Assembly (NCBI RefSeq): GCF_000341395.1
Contig: NC_020304.1
Span: 3,420,001-3,452,000 of the forward strand
Direction: 5' to 3'
DNA: 32,000 bases
Source: Desulfocapsa sulfexigens DSM 10523
GTDB taxonomy: Bacteria; Desulfobacterota; Desulfobulbia; Desulfobulbales; Desulfocapsaceae
Below the pieces are notes generated by a model. The model was not told the origin of the DNA. It worked only from the letters and a program-made list of their open reading frames with translations, and did no database searches. Shown piece by piece: positions 27,847 to 32,000 of this stretch; within the stretch, counting starts at the first letter, position 1, and each line of letters begins with the position of its first letter. Made by a program: the position numbers and the translations under genes.

Positions 27847-28245
27847 TTACTGCAGTAAAGAATAAGAACCGGACGCAACAGCCATACCACATAAATCTTC
27901 TTCCTGGGGAATCTCCTTTGAGGACATTTCCCCAATCAATTCAATCTTTCGAAGTCGGGCCTTGCAATCAATAACATCTGCCTCTCTTATTGTGGAGTCG
28001 AGAGCTCGCTGGTATTCACCTAACAGTGGATTTTCAAGAACCTTTCGCCCTATAAAGTTCATGATTTGACATATTTTTTTTTCGTGCTTTAGGGTAATTT
28101 CCTGCAATTCTCTAATGGAAGCGCACTGTTCCTGTATTTCACAAGGCTTGAGAATCTCCATCCTGTCACCCAAATCCATCATTTTTGCGGTAAGTTTCTT
28201 ATAGTTTCCAATAGACTCTCTCAAACATTCATCTATTGTTTTCAT
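27847..28245 (-). CDS. Uncharacterised small protein, possibly coiled-coil
   Basis: 132 aa minus-strand ORF (MKTIDECLRESIGNYKKLTAKMMDLGDRMEIL...), last gene of the flagellin-flaG-fliD-fliS group. Confidence 0.55.
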   Translation of the reverse strand: MKTIDECLRESIGNYKKLTAKMMDLGDRMEILKPCEIQEQCASIRELQEITLKHEKKICQIMNFIGRKVLENPLLGEYQRALDSTIREADVIDCKARLRKIELIGEMSSKEIPQEEDLCGMAVASGSYSLLQ

Positions 28246-28318
28246 GAGTTATACCACAATGTTTTCTTTAAGTTTCCGAACAATGTTTCCGGAACGAATC
28301 ATTTCTTCCAACACAAAC

Positions 28319-28744
28319 TTACGAGGACTTATTCACTATCTTCCCCTGATGATGTACTCGGGTTTTATAACCACTCAACGCTTTTCTTCCCTTTTTAACA
28401 GCCCGAATCTCACTTGCCATCAGAGTTTTCACATTATTAGCCCTGAGCACAGTCTTTTTCAAAAGATCCAGGATATCCTGCTGCAAGGATCTTATTTCTT
28501 CAAGCTGTGTACTAATGTTTCCAGTGATTTCTTTGTCAGCTAACTGTTTGTATAATATTGCATCAGTTTTCTGGCTCTGCTGCTGTAATGCACAAAATTC
28601 CCTGTTGAATTCTTCTACACATCCCTGTGAGGAATTATTATCAATATCTCGTTGTAGAGACTTGAGCATCCTGAGCATTCTCGAATATTCATCTAGAGAT
28701 TGCTCTACAACAGTATTCTGAGGGATCATCACAATTTCTTCCAT
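28319..28744 (-). CDS. Small helical protein, possible FliT/FlgN-type secretion chaperone; start uncertain (28744 or 28771)
   Basis: MEEIVMIPQNTVVEQSLDEYSRMLRMLKSLQRD...RANNVKTLMASEIRAVKKGRKALSGYKTR; immediately downstream of fliS. Confidence 0.55.
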   Translation of the reverse strand: MEEIVMIPQNTVVEQSLDEYSRMLRMLKSLQRDIDNNSSQGCVEEFNREFCALQQQSQKTDAILYKQLADKEITGNISTQLEEIRSLQQDILDLLKKTVLRANNVKTLMASEIRAVKKGRKALSGYKTRVHHQGKIVNKSS

Positions 28745-28754
28745 TGTTAAATAA

Positions 28755-29222
28755 TCAACTTGAAACTGCAAACGAACTATAAGTAGCCTCGTAGGTATAA
28801 TCCTTTTTTTGTAATACTGCGGATTCCGCTTCCGCAGCTGCCTTTTCTTTTTTGTTTATAACAACAGCCTCTCCCCAGGTTTGACGCAAATCCACAAGCA
28901 ATTTTTCTACATTTTGGAGTTTTGTCAAATCATTCGAAATATTGGCACTGGTCAGTTCACGAATCATAAAATCATACAGATCGTGAAGATCCTCTGCAAT
29001 CTTACCGCCTATTTCATGATTCAGGGTGTTGGAAAATTCTACAACAATGGCAAGTGCCTTGGAAACACCACGAACTCGAAGTTCCGGCCTGTTCTCTTCC
29101 ACACCAATGATTGCCTCTCGGGTAAAACGAATGGCACCATCATACAGCATTAGAAGTATTTGCTCAGGAGAAGCCGTATTAATCTGATTCTGTTGATACT
29201 GATTATGATTATATGGATTCAT
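28755..29222 (-). CDS. fliS: Flagellin export chaperone FliS
   Basis: NQYQQNQINTASPEQILLMLYDGAIRFTREAIIGVEENRPELRVRGVSKALAIVVEFSNTLNHEIGGKIAEDLHDLYDFMIRELTSANI. Confidence 0.96.
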   Translation of the reverse strand: MNPYNHNQYQQNQINTASPEQILLMLYDGAIRFTREAIIGVEENRPELRVRGVSKALAIVVEFSNTLNHEIGGKIAEDLHDLYDFMIRELTSANISNDLTKLQNVEKLLVDLRQTWGEAVVINKKEKAAAEAESAVLQKKDYTYEATYSSFAVSS

Positions 29223-29224
29223 TT

Positions 29225-30661
29225 CTAATTCCTATTGTACATGTTCGAGAGTATATCCATCTGTTGGGTCAGATAATCACTTTGGGCGTTCAGATTACTG
29301 ACAAGAAGCTCCATGGCATTAAACTGTGCACGAATGCGTTCCTCAATCTTGTCCATTAAGGGTTCTTTCCGTGAAATCTGCAAATCAAGGCGTCGTATAG
29401 CATCCTCATAACGATCATGTTTATCAGCATACATTCCATTTACTGCTGAAGTAGTCTGTACCAGATAGGAGTTGAATTTTTTCATAACCCCATCATTATT
29501 GCCTTCACCAGCAAGAAGCTTAACAACATCATCGAAGTTCGCGTCTAATTTCTCATCCAGCTTTCCATTATTAATGTGGAGAGTTCCATCCGATTGGGTG
29601 GAGATACCAATTTCACTGAGGATCTGCAAAGAACCACTACTGCCAATAGATTCTGACAATATAGACTGGAGACTACGTTTGATATCATTAATTGTCGCAT
29701 CACCCCTTAAATAATCACTAAGTGGTCTTTCTTCATCTTCTGTAGCTGTCGAAGCTTCATCTGCAGTTTGGAGAATCACATCATAACCCGAGCTAATCCA
29801 GTCCATAACGGAATTATAGCTGGTTACAAAGGTCGATATTTTCTCTTTAAGACTCGCTGTGTCTGCTTCAACATTGAGAGTAGACGTTTCATATACTGCA
29901 GGATTTCCATCAGCAGCAGGGGTGATTATTTCGCTTTCTTTATTGAGGTTGATAGTGACGCCGGCGATAACACCGGTGAGAGTATTGGTGTTGCTCATCA
30001 CTTCAATACCGTCAACGTAGGCAATAGCCTGTTGAGCAGTACGAACATTGGATTCAGAAAGATCTATGGCATCACCCTCAGAATCTTTTAAATCATAGTC
30101 TAAGGAAAACGTTATGGAAGCGTCATTTCCAGTCAGAACCATATGATAATTGCCACTATCATTCCCATCATTAATAATAGATGCTGAAACGCCTGTGTCT
30201 TCTGAAACATTGTTAATGGCTTGCATCAATCCCTGAAGAGAATTGTTGGAATCATCAATCTCTAGACTAACAGCACCGATGGCAAAAGTCCCTGTACCAA
30301 AAATATTTTCAGTTTCAGAACTGTATCCACTGCTAACCGTCTTTTGAACCTGCGCGAGCTGGGCCACCGCAATATCATAACTGCCTTCACGAGCACCATT
30401 GGAGGTAGCGGTAATAAACTCTTCGGAACTGAGTCTGACACTGGTGGTCTGAACATCACTGGTTATATTGAGATTTCCGGCTGCAGAACGAAGATCTTCC
30501 AGTTTGGCATCAAACTGCTCATACGCCTGAAGACGGATGGTCTCATACTCTTTATCAGCCTCCAGACGATCCAACGGTCTTCTTTCTATAGCCATCAGGC
30601 TAGAGACCAGGTCTTCTGTGGGCAGACCTGTGGCGAGGCCACCAAAACTTATCTCTGCCAT
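29225..30661 (-). CDS. fliD: Flagellar filament cap protein FliD
   Basis: ISFGGLATGLPTEDLVSSLMAIERRPLDRLEADKE N terminus; C-terminal NAMELLVSNLNAQSDYLTQQMDILSNMYNR. Confidence 0.95.
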   Translation of the reverse strand: MAEISFGGLATGLPTEDLVSSLMAIERRPLDRLEADKEYETIRLQAYEQFDAKLEDLRSAAGNLNITSDVQTTSVRLSSEEFITATSNGAREGSYDIAVAQLAQVQKTVSSGYSSETENIFGTGTFAIGAVSLEIDDSNNSLQGLMQAINNVSEDTGVSASIINDGNDSGNYHMVLTGNDASITFSLDYDLKDSEGDAIDLSESNVRTAQQAIAYVDGIEVMSNTNTLTGVIAGVTINLNKESEIITPAADGNPAVYETSTLNVEADTASLKEKISTFVTSYNSVMDWISSGYDVILQTADEASTATEDEERPLSDYLRGDATINDIKRSLQSILSESIGSSGSLQILSEIGISTQSDGTLHINNGKLDEKLDANFDDVVKLLAGEGNNDGVMKKFNSYLVQTTSAVNGMYADKHDRYEDAIRRLDLQISRKEPLMDKIEERIRAQFNAMELLVSNLNAQSDYLTQQMDILSNMYNRN

Positions 30662-30719
30662 ACCATACTCCTCAGCGGATTTTAGTGACTAACTAACTGA
30701 AATATAAAACTAACAAGTA

Positions 30720-31082
30720 CTACTCTACGGTATCAACAAGCTTCCCGCGAAGATCCTCAAGATTTGCCTGCATACCTAGAATTTCTTCTGCAGGAACCTG
30801 ACGAATCACCTCATCGGTCTTGGTGTCCACAACTTTTACGACCAGTTTATTAAACTCCTGGTTATTTTCAAAGCGAACACTATAAAGACCATCTTCGGTG
30901 AGCGACTTGATCTGATTCAGGAGCTCTTCCGGCTGTACACCACCACTCTCTGGAGAACTTACCTTCTCCAGATTCACATCTCCCTTCTTCAGATCTTTAC
31001 GTCCGGAATCGACGCCATCTGCTGGCCGCGGCATCTGCTGCAGTGCGGAACCCGTTGCATTCATAGCTTCTATTGACGACAT
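30720..31082 (-). CDS. flaG: FlaG family protein
   Basis: FENNQEFNKLVVKVVDTKTDEVIRQVPAEEILGMQANLEDLRGKLVDT, FlaG C-terminal signature. Confidence 0.9.
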   Translation of the reverse strand: MSSIEAMNATGSALQQMPRPADGVDSGRKDLKKGDVNLEKVSSPESGGVQPEELLNQIKSLTEDGLYSVRFENNQEFNKLVVKVVDTKTDEVIRQVPAEEILGMQANLEDLRGKLVDTVE

Positions 31083-31213
31083 AATGTATTCCTCTAGCGA
31101 AAACCGCTAATGACAGATTATTCATAAATTTAAAAAGCTGCCCTGAAAAATCACCTGCTGTTACTAATCAAAAAAAGTAACAAGAGGACAATTTTCCAGG
31201 GGGCTTTACATGT

Positions 31214-31238
31214 CGGGGGTTGTAACAACCAACCCCCG
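31214..31238 (-). other. Perfect 9-bp stem hairpin immediately 3' of the flagellin stop codon (no clear T tract)
   Basis: CGGGGGTTG-taacaac-CAACCCCCG on the plus strand; 14 nt past the flagellin stop. Confidence 0.75.
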
Positions 31239-31252
31239 AGTTGAGTTTACGA

Positions 31253-32000
31253 TTAACCTAACAGTGACAAGGCCAACTGTGGTTGCTGATTAGCCTGGGC
31301 CAAAATTGAAACGCCAGCTTGTTGCAGGATATTCATTTTGGTCATCGCCGAAGTTTCCATGGCGATATCAGCATCAAGGATCCGTGAACGTGCAGCAGAA
31401 AGATTCTCTGATACATTGTTCAAGTTGGCAATGGTGGATTCAAAACGATTCTGGATCGCACCCAAGCCACCTCGGATAATATCAACATCCTCAAGGGCTT
31501 TATCAACACTGGCGATAGCTATAACAGCATTTTCACGGGTATCAACTGACATCTGGTCAACTGTTACAGTTGCTGATGTCGCTGCACCAACATCTGCACC
31601 GCCAGCCAAGGTAATTGTGCCGGCAACACTTGCAGCAGTCGTTCCTGAAAAGTCAACCAATGCCTGAGCTGCGAGACCACTGGCAGTTGTCAGAGCCTCA
31701 ACATAACTAGCTATTTCTGCTCCAGTATCCATTGAAGCTGACGTCAATGACGCAGTGATGGTAATTGTCGTATCAGAGACCACGACAGTGCTCGCATCGG
31801 CTGTCCCGCCGGATAAGTCAAGCGAACCGGCCGTAACTGCACTCGCTGATCCTGCAAAGCCAACCAAAGCCTGGGCTGAGATAGCACTGGCGGTTGTCAG
31901 GGCGCTAAGAACAGCAGCTAACTCTGCTCCTGTGTCTGTCGCTGCAGCAGTCAGTGATGCTGTTACAGTAATCGTGGTACTTCCTGCTGTATCCGTTGCA
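31253..32000 (-). CDS. fliC: Flagellin (FliC/FlaA), C-terminal part; reading frame continues beyond window end
   Basis: C-terminal VDIIRGGLGAIQNRFESTIANLNNVSENLSAARSRILDADIAMETSAMTKMNILQQAGVSILAQANQQPQLALSLLG; frame stays open through base 32000 (ATDTAGSTTITVTASLTAAATDTGAELAAVLSALTT...). Confidence 0.97.
   Translation of the reverse strand, partial: ATDTAGSTTITVTASLTAAATDTGAELAAVLSALTTASAISAQALVGFAGSASAVTAGSLDLSGGTADASTVVVSDTTITITASLTSASMDTGAEIASYVEALTTASGLAAQALVDFSGTTAASVAGTITLAGGADVGAATSATVTVDQMSVDTRENAVIAIASVDKALEDVDIIRGGLGAIQNRFESTIANLNNVSENLSAARSRILDADIAMETSAMTKMNILQQAGVSILAQANQQPQLALSLLG
31587..32000 (-). repeat. Degenerate tandem repeat inside flagellin, period 207 bp (69 aa), at least two copies visible
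   Basis: Protein: STTITVTASLTAAATDTGAELAAVLSALTTASAISAQALV... vs DTTITITASLTSASMDTGAEIASYVEALTTASGLAAQALV...; anchor 'gtaat.gt' at 31761 and 31968 differ by exactly 207. Confidence 0.85.

Noticed and set aside
27744-27935. 63-aa minus-strand ORF after fliW
   Set aside because: Overlaps the end of the 27847-28245 ORF, hydrophobic/basic low-information sequence, no convincing RBS; probably spurious.
31173-31193. GTTACT...AGTAAC inverted repeat with an A/T run in the loop upstream of flaG
   Set aside because: Six AT-rich pairs with the T run inside the loop rather than after the stem; could be chance.
1-32000. CRISPR arrays, transposons, tRNAs, rRNAs, phage or defence/toxin modules
   Set aside because: No short regularly spaced direct repeats, no transposase/integrase-like translation and no RNA-gene signatures noticed; the window is continuous flagellar synteny.

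Overview
The window is almost entirely one flagellar biogenesis locus, probably from a deltaproteobacterial / Desulfobacterota-like Gram-negative (inferred from gene content and style; no search was run). Plus strand, in order: fliI (5'-truncated), fliJ, a MotE/MgtE_N-like protein, fliK, flgD, flgE, terminator, motA, motB, fliL, fliM, fliN, fliO, fliP, fliQ, fliR, flhB, flhA, flhF, flhG, fliA, a DUF2802-like small protein, flgF, flgG, flgA, flgH, flgI, flgJ (rod-binding domain only), an uncharacterised ORF, flgM, flgN, flgK, flgL, csrA, fliW. Converging on the minus strand: flagellin (5' part outside the window), flaG, fliD, fliS and two small uncharacterised coiled-coil-type proteins. I see no mobile elements, CRISPR array, tRNA or rRNA. 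The machinery is conventional. The most interesting signals are regulatory or peripheral: (1) a hairpin presenting GGA in its loop (TTCTGCATGGATGCAGAA), about 20 nt upstream of a strong AGGAGG Shine-Dalgarno in front of an uncharacterised ORF next to flgM, which looks like a dual-site CsrA target in a locus that encodes csrA-fliW; (2) two sigma-28-like promoters sharing a TAAA-N16-CCGAT layout, upstream of flgF and of the uncharacterised ORF/flgM group; (3) a near-consensus sigma-54 promoter (TGGCAAACTACTTGCA) upstream of flhB; (4) an exact-period 207 bp / 69 aa degenerate tandem repeat in the flagellin central domain, running off the window edge; (5) several uncharacterised small ORFs and an overlapping CPKCPKC motif at the MotB N terminus. 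I did not find strong evidence for a wholly novel system.
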